A stretch of 35,345 nucleotides of DNA from Alphaproteobacteria bacterium (GTDB lineage Bacteria > Pseudomonadota > Alphaproteobacteria > UBA6615): the NCBI GenBank assembly GCA_965261975.1, contig CBDHEC010000004.1, forward strand, positions 1-35,345, in the 5' to 3' direction. Positions within the stretch are counted from its first letter, which is position 1, and every line of letters begins with the position of its first letter. Of the stretch, positions 13,204-22,258 are shown piece after piece. Under the pieces are notes generated by a model. It saw nothing but the letters and a program-made list of their open reading frames with translations, made no database searches and was not told the origin of the DNA. A program made the translations under genes and the position numbers.

Positions 13204-13264
13204 TATCTACATATAGTTTTCGTAGATTACGCGTTCGCCCCCTGATGGGCGCTACATGTGGAGA
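13204..13264 (+). promoter_or_regulatory. Two NrdR-box-like sites upstream of coaBC-dut
   Basis: Cores CTACATATAG (13207-13216) and CTACATGTGG (13252-13261) compared with the NrdR consensus acaCwAtATaTwGtgt. Confidence 0.4.
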
Positions 13265-13272
13265 ATCTCCTG

Positions 13273-14478
13273 ATGTTGCATGGCAAACGGATCCTGCTGA
13301 TCATCAGCGGCGGCATTGCCGCCTATAAGAGCCTGGAGCTGGTTCGTCGCCTGCGCGAGCGCGGCGCGGCCGTACGCTGCGTGCTGACCCGCGGCGGGTC
13401 GCAATTCGTCACGCCGCTGTCTCTCGCCGCGCTGAGCGAGGACAAGGTCTATACCGAGCTTTTCTCCCTCACCGACGAGGCCGAGATGGGCCATATCCAG
13501 CTGTCGCGCGATGCGGATCTGCTGGTCGTCGCCCCCGCCACCGCCGATCTCCTCGCCAAGATGACCCACGGCCAGGCCGACGACCTTGCCTCGACCGTGC
13601 TGCTCGCCACCGACAAGGACGTCATGGTGGCGCCGGCCATGAATGTGCGGATGTGGGAACACGCCGCCACCCAGGCCAACCTGGAAACCCTGCGCCAGCG
13701 CGGCGTCCATGTGGTCGGCCCCGAGGAGGGCGACATGGCGTGCGGCGAGTATGGCCTCGGGCGTCTCTCGGAACCCGACGACATCGCGGCCGCGGTATCG
13801 GATTTTTTTCAAACTAGCGCACCGCTCTCGGGCCGGCGTGCGCTGGTGACAAGCGGCCCGACCCACGAACCGATCGACCCGGTGCGCTACATCGCCAACC
13901 GTTCCTCCGGTCGACAGGGCCACGCGATTGCCGCGGCACTGGCGCGCCGCGGCGCGGCCACCACGCTCGTGTCCGGCCCCACCAATCTTCCCGACCCGCC
14001 CGGTGTGACCGTCGTCCCGGTCGAGAGCGCGCGCGATATGCTTGCCGCCTGCGAGGCCGCCCTGCCCGTCGATGTGGCCGTGTGTGCGGCCGCCGTCGCC
14101 GACTGGCGGGTCGCCAAGACGGCCGACGAGAAACTCAAGAAAAACGGCAGCGGCCCCCCGGCACTCGAGATGGCGGAGAACCCCGATATTCTCGCGAGTC
14201 TGGCGGCGGCCACCAACACCCGACCCGGTCTCGTGATCGGCTTTGCAGCCGAGACCGAACAGGTGGTCGAACATGCCAGCGCCAAGCGCGAACGCAAGGG
14301 TTGCGACTGGATCCTGGCCAATGATGTCTCGCCGGAGACGGGCACCTTCGGCGGCGACGACAACACAATCCACCTTGTCAGCGCCGACGGCGTCGAGGAC
14401 TGGCCGCGGATGTCGAAGACGGATGTCGCCGACCGCCTGGCCGATCGCATTGCAGAAAAATTGGAGACGCGTGAATGA
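13273..14478 (+). CDS. coaBC: Bifunctional phosphopantothenoylcysteine decarboxylase/synthetase
   Basis: [52 protein letters not shown] and GFAAET. GGAG precedes ATG 13273. Confidence 0.97.
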   Translation: MLHGKRILLIISGGIAAYKSLELVRRLRERGAAVRCVLTRGGSQFVTPLSLAALSEDKVYTELFSLTDEAEMGHIQLSRDADLLVVAPATADLLAKMTHGQADDLASTVLLATDKDVMVAPAMNVRMWEHAATQANLETLRQRGVHVVGPEEGDMACGEYGLGRLSEPDDIAAAVSDFFQTSAPLSGRRALVTSGPTHEPIDPVRYIANRSSGRQGHAIAAALARRGAATTLVSGPTNLPDPPGVTVVPVESARDMLAACEAALPVDVAVCAAAVADWRVAKTADEKLKKNGSGPPALEMAENPDILASLAAATNTRPGLVIGFAAETEQVVEHASAKRERKGCDWILANDVSPETGTFGGDDNTIHLVSADGVEDWPRMSKTDVADRLADRIAEKLETRE

Positions 14479-14948
14479 ACGACCCGGTCGACGTTGCGGT
14501 CACACGCCTGCCCCATGGGGCGGACCTCGAACTACCTTCCTATGAAACCGAAGATGCCGCCGGGATGGATCTGCGTGCGGCGGTCACGGAAGATGTTGTG
14601 CTCGCGCCCGGCGAGCGCGCCCTGATCCCCACCGGACTGGCGATCGCGCTGCCGTCCGGCTACGAGGCCCAGGTCCGGCCGCGCTCGGGCCTGGCGCTGC
14701 GCAACGGCATTTCCCTGGTCAACACGCCGGGCACCATCGACGCGGATTATCGCGGCGAGGTCGGCGTCATCCTGATCAACCACGGCACCGAGGCCTTCAC
14801 GGTGGACCGGGGCATGCGGGTCGCCCAGATGGTCATCACACCCGTCACGCAAGCCACCTGGCGGGAGACCGACAATCTGTCCGACACCGCGCGCGGTGCG
14901 GGGGGCTTCGGCTCCACCGGCACGGCCGACGAAAACAAGAAGAGCTGA
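14475..14948 (+). CDS. dut: dUTP diphosphatase
   Basis: [26 protein letters not shown] and [10 protein letters not shown]; ATGA overlap with coaBC. Confidence 0.98.
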   Translation: MNDPVDVAVTRLPHGADLELPSYETEDAAGMDLRAAVTEDVVLAPGERALIPTGLAIALPSGYEAQVRPRSGLALRNGISLVNTPGTIDADYRGEVGVILINHGTEAFTVDRGMRVAQMVITPVTQATWRETDNLSDTARGAGGFGSTGTADENKKS

Positions 14949-14951
14949 ACC

Positions 14952-15407
14952 ATGTTCCGTTTGTCGCGAAAAACCCTGTTCGCCATCGAGGCCGTTCTCG
15001 ATATCGCCTATCACGCCGGCCCCGCACCGGTGCAAAGCCGCGAAATCACACGCCGCCAGGGTATCCAGCGCCGGTATCTCGAGCAGGTTTTGCAGAATCT
15101 GGCGCGTGCCGGCGTCCTGACCGGCGTGCGGGGCCCGCGCGGCGGCTACCGGCTGGCGCGCGAGCGCCGGCGCATCACCCTTGCAGATATTGTCCGGGTC
15201 ATCCTCGAGATGGAGGCTCGCGACGACCCCACGGACGCCGCCGACGGCTCTCCGCTGGGCCTTGAGGTCGTGCGACCCCTGTGGCGCGAGATGGCCGAGG
15301 ACTGCATGGAACAGCTCGAAAAGATCACGATCCAGGACCTTTGCAACCGTGCACGAGACGCCGGCGTCGAGAGCGAAGAACCCGACCGGGTCGACTACAC
15401 AATCTAG
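14952..15407 (+). CDS. Rrf2-family transcriptional regulator, CymR-like (no IscR Cys triad)
   Basis: [10 protein letters not shown] and [13 protein letters not shown] wing motif; only two Cys; C-terminus DYTI; directly upstream of cysK. Confidence 0.92.
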   Translation: MFRLSRKTLFAIEAVLDIAYHAGPAPVQSREITRRQGIQRRYLEQVLQNLARAGVLTGVRGPRGGYRLARERRRITLADIVRVILEMEARDDPTDAADGSPLGLEVVRPLWREMAEDCMEQLEKITIQDLCNRARDAGVESEEPDRVDYTI

Positions 15408-15442
15408 ACGACGACCACCCCAAATTTACGGAAAACCGCTTC

Positions 15443-16414
15443 ATGTCCACTGCCAAACAAAACCAGACCGCCGAATTCCGGGGCCGCATCTACGATTCGG
15501 TCGTCGACACGATCGGCGCCACGCCCCTCGTCCGCATCCCGCGCTTCGCCGCCGCCGAGGGCTGCAAGGCCGACCTGGTCGCCAAGCTCGAATTCTTCAA
15601 CCCGCTCGCCTCGGTCAAGGACCGGATCGGCAACGCGATGATCTCCGCCGCGGAGGCCGAGGGCAAGATCGGCCCGGGTTCGGTGATCGTCGAACCCACG
15701 TCGGGCAATACGGGAATCGCGCTGGCGTTTGTCTGCGCGGCACGCGGCTATCGCTGCATCCTGGTGATGCCGGACTCCATGTCCCAGGAACGCCGCAAGA
15801 TGCTGGCGCTGCTCGGCGCGGAACTGGTGCTGACGCCGGCCGCCGACCGGATGCCCGGCGCCATCGCGAAGGCCCAGGAGATTGTCGACACGACCGACAA
15901 GGCGATCATGCTGCAGCAGTTCCAGAACCCGGCCAACCCGGAGATCCACCGCCACACCACGGCGGAGGAAATCTGGAAGGACACCGACGGCAAGATCGAT
16001 GTCTTCGTCGCCGGCGTGGGCACCGGCGGCACCATCACCGGCACCGCCGAGGTGCTGAAGGAGCGAAATCCGAGCCTGCATGTCGTCGCGATCGAGCCCG
16101 AAGACAGCGCCGTCCTGTCGGGCGGCCCGGCGGGACCCCATATGCTCCAGGGGATCGGCACCGGGTTCGTGCCGGATATCCTGAACACGAAGATCTATGA
16201 CGAGGTGCTGCCCATCGCCAACGAGACCGCCTTCGTAATGGCGCGCAAACTCGCCAGCCTCGAGGGAATCCCGGTGGGCATCTCCTCGGGCGCCGCACTG
16301 GCCGCAGCGATCGAAGTCGGCGCGCGTGACGAGATGGCCGGCAAGCTGATGGTGGTCATCCTGCCGTCCTTCGCCGAGCGTTACCTTTCCACCGCGCTGT
16401 TCGAGGGGCTCTAG
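15443..16414 (+). CDS. cysK: Cysteine synthase A (O-acetylserine sulfhydrylase)
   Basis: SVKDRIG (PLP lysine), [22 protein letters not shown] and ERYLSTALF. Start trimmed to ATG 15443. Confidence 0.96.
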   Translation: MSTAKQNQTAEFRGRIYDSVVDTIGATPLVRIPRFAAAEGCKADLVAKLEFFNPLASVKDRIGNAMISAAEAEGKIGPGSVIVEPTSGNTGIALAFVCAARGYRCILVMPDSMSQERRKMLALLGAELVLTPAADRMPGAIAKAQEIVDTTDKAIMLQQFQNPANPEIHRHTTAEEIWKDTDGKIDVFVAGVGTGGTITGTAEVLKERNPSLHVVAIEPEDSAVLSGGPAGPHMLQGIGTGFVPDILNTKIYDEVLPIANETAFVMARKLASLEGIPVGISSGAALAAAIEVGARDEMAGKLMVVILPSFAERYLSTALFEGL

Positions 16415-16438
16415 AGCCCAACCTATGGGACCCACCAC

Positions 16439-17206
16439 ATGGAACTAAACGACGAACAGTTTCACCGCTACGCCCGCCACCTGATCCTCGACGAGGTCGG
16501 GGAGGAAGGGCAGGAGAAACTGCTCGAGTCCCGCGTGCTGGTCGTGGGCGCGGGCGGGCTGGGCGCGCCGTTGCTGATGTATCTCGCCGCCGCGGGCGTG
16601 GGCACGCTCGGCATCGTCGATGACGACGAGGTCGACCTGACCAACCTGCAGCGCCAGATCGTGCATGCCACGGGCGCCGTGGGCCGGCAGAAGACCGAGT
16701 CGGCGAAAGAGACCATCGCCGCGCTCAATCCCGGCATCAATGTCGTCACCCACGATATGCGCCTGGACGCGGACAACGCCGCCGGGATCATCGCCGGCTA
16801 CGACCTGGTCGCCGACGGGTCGGACAATTTCGACACGCGCTACCTGCTGAACGACCTCTGCTTCGCGGCGGGCATCCCGCTGGTCGCCGCCGCGATGCTG
16901 CGCTTCGAGGGCCAGCTCTTCACCTTCCGGCGCGACGACGACGCGCCCACCGCGTGTTACCGCTGCATCTTCCCCGAAGCACCGCCGGAAGACCTGGTGC
17001 CGCGCTGCGAGGAAGCCGGGATTCTGGGTGCGCTGGCCGGCGTCATGGGATCGCTGCAGACCACCGAGGTGCTGAAAGAACTGCTCGGTCTGGGCGAGAG
17101 CCTGGCCGGGCGGATGCTGATTTACGATGCGCTGAATACCGGTTTCCACACGATCAACGTGCCGCGGAACCCGGACTGCGAATTATGTGGAACACCGCGC
17201 GGCTGA
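16439..17206 (+). CDS. moeB: MoeB/ThiF-family sulfur-carrier adenylyltransferase
   Basis: RYARHLIL, VGAGGLG, TNLQRQ, DGSDNFDTRY and Zn ligands CYRC and CELC; no rhodanese domain. moeB versus thiF cannot be resolved from sequence alone. Confidence 0.85.
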   Translation: MELNDEQFHRYARHLILDEVGEEGQEKLLESRVLVVGAGGLGAPLLMYLAAAGVGTLGIVDDDEVDLTNLQRQIVHATGAVGRQKTESAKETIAALNPGINVVTHDMRLDADNAAGIIAGYDLVADGSDNFDTRYLLNDLCFAAGIPLVAAAMLRFEGQLFTFRRDDDAPTACYRCIFPEAPPEDLVPRCEEAGILGALAGVMGSLQTTEVLKELLGLGESLAGRMLIYDALNTGFHTINVPRNPDCELCGTPRG

Positions 17207-17219
17207 GCGCAATTCGGCG

Positions 17220-18206
17220 CTAAAACATCGTCTCCAGCACCCGGTCGGGCGGCGTGTGGCCATCGACGAAGGTGCGGATGTTGATCACCACCTTCTCCCC
17301 CATTTCCTGGCGCCCCTCGACCGTGGCGGAGCTCAGATGGGGCAGCAAAAGCACATTGTCAGCGGCCATCAGGCGCGGGTCCACGGCGGGTTCATGCTCG
17401 AAAACATCGAGGCCCGCGCCGGCGATCTGACCGGCCTCGATCATGTCCCCCAGGGCGCGCTCGTCGATCACCTCGCCGCGCGAGGTGTTCACGATATAGG
17501 CGTGGGGCTGGAGCAGCGCCAGGCGGCGGCGTGACAGGAGGTGATAGGTCGCCGGCGTGCGCGGGCAGTTCACCGAGACGATATCGACCCGCGCCAGCAT
17601 CTGGTCGAGGGATTCCCAATAGGTCGCGTCGAGTTCCTCGACAACATCGGGATGGGCAGGCCGGCGGTTGTGATAGTGGACATTGAGGCCGAAGCCCTTC
17701 GCCCGGCGGGCCAGCGCGGTACCGATCCGGCCCATGCCGACGATCCCCAGTCGCTTGCCCCAGATCCGGCTGCCCGGCAACAAGGTCGGCGCCCAGCCCT
17801 TCCATTCGCCCGAACGGATCAGCTGCGCGCCTTCGCGCAGCCGGCGCGGCACCGCCAGGATCAACGCCATGTTCATGTCGGCGGTGTCCTCGGTCAGGAC
17901 ACCCGGCGTGTTGGTGACCGTGATGCCCCGCTCGCGGGCCGCGGGCAGGTCGATATTGTCGATGCCGTTGCCATAGTTGGCGATCAGCTTCAGCCGCTCC
18001 CCGGCCTCACCGATGACCCGCGCGCTGATATGGTCTGTGACGGTCGGCACGAGTACATCGGCTTCCTGCATCGCGGCCACCAATGCGCTTTCACTCATGG
18101 GCGTGTCGGCATCGTTGAGGCGCGTGTCGAACAGCTCCTTCATCCGCGCTTCCGTGGCCTCCGGAAGCCGGCGTGTAACGACGACAATGGGCTTGTTGTC
18201 CGACAT
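17220..18206 (-). CDS. D-2-hydroxyacid dehydrogenase (D-glycerate dehydrogenase/glyoxylate reductase family)
   Basis: VTNTPGVLTEDTAD, GIVGMGRIG, NTSRGEVID, GLDVFEHEP and LPHLSSAT. Confidence 0.93.
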   Translation of the reverse strand: MSDNKPIVVVTRRLPEATEARMKELFDTRLNDADTPMSESALVAAMQEADVLVPTVTDHISARVIGEAGERLKLIANYGNGIDNIDLPAARERGITVTNTPGVLTEDTADMNMALILAVPRRLREGAQLIRSGEWKGWAPTLLPGSRIWGKRLGIVGMGRIGTALARRAKGFGLNVHYHNRRPAHPDVVEELDATYWESLDQMLARVDIVSVNCPRTPATYHLLSRRRLALLQPHAYIVNTSRGEVIDERALGDMIEAGQIAGAGLDVFEHEPAVDPRLMAADNVLLLPHLSSATVEGRQEMGEKVVINIRTFVDGHTPPDRVLETMF

Positions 18207-18376
18207 GTCCCCCCCGACAGGCACCCGCCCGGACCGGTTCTCCGGTCATGGCCTGGCACCAACTCTCCTCCGCCCGGATTATCGCGGAAGGCCCTGTCTG
18301 TGCAAGGGGCAGCGCTCACGCATCGGTCAATTTCACACGCTTGACCGCCGTGCGCCCCTCGGATAGACGGCTAGGC

Positions 18377-18922
18377 ATGTTTCATCGCGCCCTTCCCGCT
18401 CTGCTTGGCATGTTGATGATCATGGCGTTCGCCATGAACACACCCGGCCCCGTGGCCGCGCAGCAGGCGGCGAACCCGCCCGCCAGGGTCGACAATCCCT
18501 CCGGGCTGCCGATCCCGCGCTGGGTCAGCATCCGTGCGAAGGAAGCCAACCTGCGAACCGGCCCGGGCGCGCGTTACCCGATAGACTGGGTGCTGCAACG
18601 GCGCTCGCTGCCGGCAGAAGTCGTCGGCGAGTTCGAGAACTGGCGTCAGATCAAGGTTCAGGACGGCACCGTGGGCTGGGTTCACAAATCGATGCTCTCG
18701 GGCAAGCGAATGGCCACGGTGAAGGCCGCGCGGGTCCGGGTCCTGCAGGCGCCGGATACCGACGCGCCGCTGGCGGCTTTCGTCGAGGACGGGGTCATTG
18801 TCGCGCTGGAGGGTTGCGAAGCAACCTGGTGCCGCATCGCGATCTCAAGCCACGGCGTCGAGGGCTGGATCGCCCGGTCCGTGCTGTGGGGAATCTATGA
18901 CGGCGAGGCCGTCAAACGCTGA
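18377..18922 (+). CDS. Secreted tandem bacterial SH3-domain protein
   Basis: Signal peptide, SGLPIPRWVS, NLRTGPG, GWVHKSMLSG, WCRI and GWIARSVLWG. Confidence 0.88.
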   Translation: MFHRALPALLGMLMIMAFAMNTPGPVAAQQAANPPARVDNPSGLPIPRWVSIRAKEANLRTGPGARYPIDWVLQRRSLPAEVVGEFENWRQIKVQDGTVGWVHKSMLSGKRMATVKAARVRVLQAPDTDAPLAAFVEDGVIVALEGCEATWCRIAISSHGVEGWIARSVLWGIYDGEAVKR

Positions 18923-18941
18923 TCCGACGTCGAACGACCAA

Positions 18942-19550
18942 TCAGCCGTCGAGATCACCCGCCAGTTCATTGCGCACATCCGCGGTCAGGATCGTCATGT
19001 GGGCATAGTCGGGATGGGTGAAGCCGAGGGTGACTTCGACATCTGACTGGCGGAACGCGGCGATCTGCGCGTCGGTAAAGGGGAAGTGGATGAACTGCAC
19101 CGAGCTGGCCTTGCCGTCGGCGTTGGTGCGGTCCACGTCCGCCTCGGGCACGCCCGTGATGGTCTCGCCGGCGAACTTCAGGAAGGCCGTCTCCTCGACC
19201 CCGCCGAGCTTCGACAGCACCATCTTGCGGCGTACTTCGTCGTCGATCTCGAACATCACCGTGGCGACCAGTTCATGGCCATTGGGGATCAGCGGGTTGT
19301 AGGCGGAAAGCTCATCGTCAATCTGCGCCTCGCCGCCGCGCTCGATGAAAAGCATCTCATGGACCTGGTGCCACATGGTCGCGTAGCACTCGAAATAGGC
19401 CGTCGCATAGGGACCGAGCCCGACGCGCCGGTTCTTCTTTCGGGCCACGAGCGCACCGCGCCGGTCCTTCCGGGTCCGGCCATACTCTTCCATGTCGATG
19501 AGGTCGTCGCGGGTAATCTCGCGCGGGGTTGCTGTCGCGGTCGCGGACAT
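18942..19550 (-). CDS. DUF3501-like protein
   Basis: Recognised from QVHEMLFIERGG, AYNPLIP, ATVMFEID and KASSVQFIHF, plus its position after rubrerythrin and the Fe-S oxidoreductase. Confidence 0.85.
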   Translation of the reverse strand: MSATATATPREITRDDLIDMEEYGRTRKDRRGALVARKKNRRVGLGPYATAYFECYATMWHQVHEMLFIERGGEAQIDDELSAYNPLIPNGHELVATVMFEIDDEVRRKMVLSKLGGVEETAFLKFAGETITGVPEADVDRTNADGKASSVQFIHFPFTDAQIAAFRQSDVEVTLGFTHPDYAHMTILTADVRNELAGDLDG

Positions 19551-19565
19551 AAGGGGTCTCCGGTT

Positions 19566-20963
19566 TTAGGAGCCGAGTTCGGGTGCCAGCCCATAGGCCA
19601 GCGCGAACAGTTCGACGGGATGGTAACTGCGGGCCGGGGCGGTCTGGCCCTCGTCGAGCTGACGCTCGATACCCTGCAGGATATGGTCCGCAGCCAGCGG
19701 ACATTCGGATACGATGTAGCGGCTCTCCTTGGCCTGACGCACGACCGGCCGGGCCACCTTGAGGGCGGTGTCGAAATTTTCCTTCATGATCCCCCACGAA
19801 CCCCCATGGCCCGAGCAGCGCTCGATCACCTTGAGGTCGGCCTCGGGGATTAATCGCAGCATTTCCGCTGCTTTCTGGCCCATATTCTGGGCCCTTGCAT
19901 GACAGGCCATATGCAACGCCACCGGCTCCGGCAGGGACGACAACCCGTCGACCAGCCCTTCGTTCTTCGCGATGTCAACGATGTACTCGGTGATGTCGCG
20001 GGTCGCCGCCGACAGGGCCTTCACGTCCTCGTCATCGGGCAGCATCAGGGGCCACTCGAATTTCATCATCAGCGCACAAGACGGGGTCAACGCGATGATA
20101 TCGCGGCCCGCATCCACATGGGGACGGAACGCCGCGGCCACGGTCTTCGCCATGGCGGACACCTCGTCGAGCTGCCCCTGCTCGAGCTGGGGCATGCCAC
20201 AACAGCTCGGATGCAACGCCGAGGTCGCCACGCCGTTCTTGGCGAGAATACGCTGGGCCAGCACGCCCGTGTCGGGCTTGTTGTAGTTCACGAAACAGGT
20301 GGCGTAGAGCACCGCCTCGCGGCCATGGGCCGGTGCGGCCGTGTTGACCTCGGGCGGCGCATTCTCGGCCTGGCGGACGAAGGTCTTGGACGCCGGCGCA
20401 TATTTCGGCAGGTCGGCGTCGCGATGCACGCCCGCGATTTTCTCGATCACCGGCCGGGTCAGCTTGTTGTCCCGGTCCGATGCCCAGTTCGCCAGGCCCG
20501 ACATCTTGCCGGCGAGACGGCCGTTCCGGTCGGTCTGGGTCAGCTGCTTCTCGTTCCAGCCCACGCCACCCTTTTTCGCCTCCACCGCGCGATAACGCAG
20601 CATCAGGTGGGGGAAATCCAGGTTGAATTCATGGGGCGGCACGTAGGGACACTTGGTCATGTAACACATGTCGCAGAGCGTGCAGGCGTCCACGACAGGG
20701 GGGAAGTCGGCGCTGTCCACGCTGTCGAGCTCACCTGTATCGGACTCATCGATCAGGTCGAACAGGCGCGGGAAGGAATCGCAAAGATTGAAGCAGCGTC
20801 GACAGCCATGACAGATATCGAAGGCCCGGCGCAGCTCCTCGTCGAGTTTCTCCTCGTCAAAGAAATCGGTTTCCTGCCAGCCCAGCGGGTGACGGATGGG
20901 CGCATCGAGGCTCCCCTCACGCGGGGCCGCGCCGCCATTCATGCTGCCACTCTCGTCAGTCAT
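19566..20963 (-). CDS. Rubrerythrin-associated Fe-S oxidoreductase (GlpC/HdrD-like; two 4Fe-4S motifs plus CCG domains)
   Basis: CHGCRRCFNLC, CTLCDMCYMTKCP, ATCFVNY, SCCGMP, PSCALM, ACHARAQ and RCSGHGG. Confidence 0.9.
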   Translation of the reverse strand: MTDESGSMNGGAAPREGSLDAPIRHPLGWQETDFFDEEKLDEELRRAFDICHGCRRCFNLCDSFPRLFDLIDESDTGELDSVDSADFPPVVDACTLCDMCYMTKCPYVPPHEFNLDFPHLMLRYRAVEAKKGGVGWNEKQLTQTDRNGRLAGKMSGLANWASDRDNKLTRPVIEKIAGVHRDADLPKYAPASKTFVRQAENAPPEVNTAAPAHGREAVLYATCFVNYNKPDTGVLAQRILAKNGVATSALHPSCCGMPQLEQGQLDEVSAMAKTVAAAFRPHVDAGRDIIALTPSCALMMKFEWPLMLPDDEDVKALSAATRDITEYIVDIAKNEGLVDGLSSLPEPVALHMACHARAQNMGQKAAEMLRLIPEADLKVIERCSGHGGSWGIMKENFDTALKVARPVVRQAKESRYIVSECPLAADHILQGIERQLDEGQTAPARSYHPVELFALAYGLAPELGS

Positions 20964-21060
20964 CGTGCCCTGTCCTTGCCTGCGCCGGGGTGCAACTTCC
21001 CCGCTTCCCGCCCGCCATATCCGCGCGGCGGGTCATCCAAACCACCCCAATACGTGAAAG

Positions 21061-21104
21061 CCGGAGCCGCCCGGTCGAACGCGTCCGAACGCGGGCGGCC
21101 CCGG
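21061..21104 (-). other. GC-rich stem-loop directly after the rubrerythrin stop (partial terminator or mRNA stabiliser)
   Basis: Plus strand CCGG-a-GCCGCCCG...CGGGCGGC-c-CCGG; only a short U tract follows on the minus strand. Confidence 0.55.
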
Positions 21105-21110
21105 ATTTAA

Positions 21111-21527
21111 TCAGTCGAGCTCGTCGAGCGCCTTCTGGAAACGACCCGCATGGCTCTTCTCGGCCTTGGCGAGTGTCTCGAACCAGTCGGCAATCTCGTC
21201 ATGACCCTCTTCACGCGCCGTGCGCGCCATGCCCGGATACATGTCGGTGTACTCATGGGTCTCGCCGGCAACCGCGGCCTTGAGGTTGTCCGACGTCGGG
21301 CCGATCGGCTCACCCGTGGCCGGATCACCGACCTCTTCGAGGAACTCGAGATGACCATGGGCATGGCCGGTCTCGCCCTCGGCGGTCGAGCGGAACACCA
21401 CGGCGACATCGTTGTAACCTTCGACGTCTGCCTTCTGGGCGAAATAGAGGTAACGGCGATTCGCCTGGCTTTCGCCGGCAAATGCTTCCTTGAGATTGTC
21501 TTCGGTCTTGGATCCTTTAAGCGACAT
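21111..21527 (-). CDS. Short rubrerythrin (diiron four-helix domain, no rubredoxin domain)
   Basis: [31 protein letters not shown] and AEKSHA; no CxxC pairs. SD AAGGAGG lies 6 nt before ATG 21527. Confidence 0.95.
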   Translation of the reverse strand: MSLKGSKTEDNLKEAFAGESQANRRYLYFAQKADVEGYNDVAVVFRSTAEGETGHAHGHLEFLEEVGDPATGEPIGPTSDNLKAAVAGETHEYTDMYPGMARTAREEGHDEIADWFETLAKAEKSHAGRFQKALDELD

Positions 21528-21632
21528 CATTCGCCTCCTTGATACTGGTTAGTCCATCCGCCCGTTTGGCCGGGCGGTTATCCGTCAGGGACCGGCGGGA
21601 GGACCGCCGGCCCGGGAATCTGTTGCGCCTCG

Positions 21633-21661
21633 AATATGACAAGGTCGCAGATACGAGTCAA
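21633..21661 (-). promoter_or_regulatory. Candidate RpoD promoter of the rubrerythrin operon: TTGACT-N17-CATATT
   Basis: Exact 17-nt spacing; a GANTC site (21655-21659) overlaps the -35 element. Confidence 0.6.
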
Positions 21662-21664
21662 TTA

Positions 21665-21681
21665 TCTGGAACTATTCCAAA
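21665..21681. promoter_or_regulatory. Irr box / iron control element (ICE)
   Basis: TCTGGAA-CTA-TTCCAAA has one mismatch to TTTRGAAYNRTTCYAAA and sits 3 nt upstream of the candidate -35 element. Confidence 0.8.
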
Positions 21682-21711
21682 CTTATTTTTATCACCCTGA
21701 TAAAGCGATGT

Positions 21712-22164
21712 TTATTGAGAACGACTATCGTTCGCGCGACGCAGCCTTACGATCACGTCCACCCGGGCCACCTCGGCATCGGCCGGCGCTTCGGGCATGG
21801 CGGCGAGCGCGATCTGGTCGCTGGGAATATCCTGCAACGCCCCATCGTCTTCATAGAAGAAATGATGGTGATCGTCGACGTTCGTATCGAAGTACGACCG
21901 GCCCGGCGCCACCACGACCTCGCGCAACAAGCCCGACCCGGTGAATTGGTTGAGGGTGTTGTAGATCGTCGCCAGAGACACCTTGATGCCTTGCGCAGTA
22001 ACCTCACCATGGAGCTGCTCGGCGGTCACATGACGATCGCCGGCATCGAACAACAGCTTGCCCAGTGCGAGCCGCTGGCGGGTCGGGCGCAGGCCTGCGT
22101 CCTTCAGCCGCCGCAGCGCATCGGCATAGGGTCGCTCGCGGGTATCATCATGTGTATCGCTCAT
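21712..22164 (-). CDS. irr: Iron response regulator Irr (Fur family)
   Basis: GLRPTRQRLAL, DRHVTAEQLH, VSLATIYNTLNQF, YFDTNVDDHHHFF and VDVIVRLR; divergent from fabA as is usual for irr. Confidence 0.9.
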   Translation of the reverse strand: MSDTHDDTRERPYADALRRLKDAGLRPTRQRLALGKLLFDAGDRHVTAEQLHGEVTAQGIKVSLATIYNTLNQFTGSGLLREVVVAPGRSYFDTNVDDHHHFFYEDDGALQDIPSDQIALAAMPEAPADAEVARVDVIVRLRRANDSRSQ

Positions 22165-22231
22165 GGGTCCAATATGGTTCTTTCATGCGGCAAGTAAAGA
22201 GGAATCTGTCGAAACAACACGATAAGCCGTT

Positions 22232-22258
22232 ATTTTGGAACGCACTTTATTCCAAAAT
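22232..22258. repeat. Perfect 9-bp inverted repeat with a 9-nt spacer in the irr/fabA divergent region
   Basis: ATTTTGGAA-cgcacttta-TTCCAAAAT read directly. Confidence 0.8.

Noticed and set aside
14952-15407. IscR, NsrR or RirA
   Set aside because: No three-Cys Fe-S ligand set and no isc/suf context.
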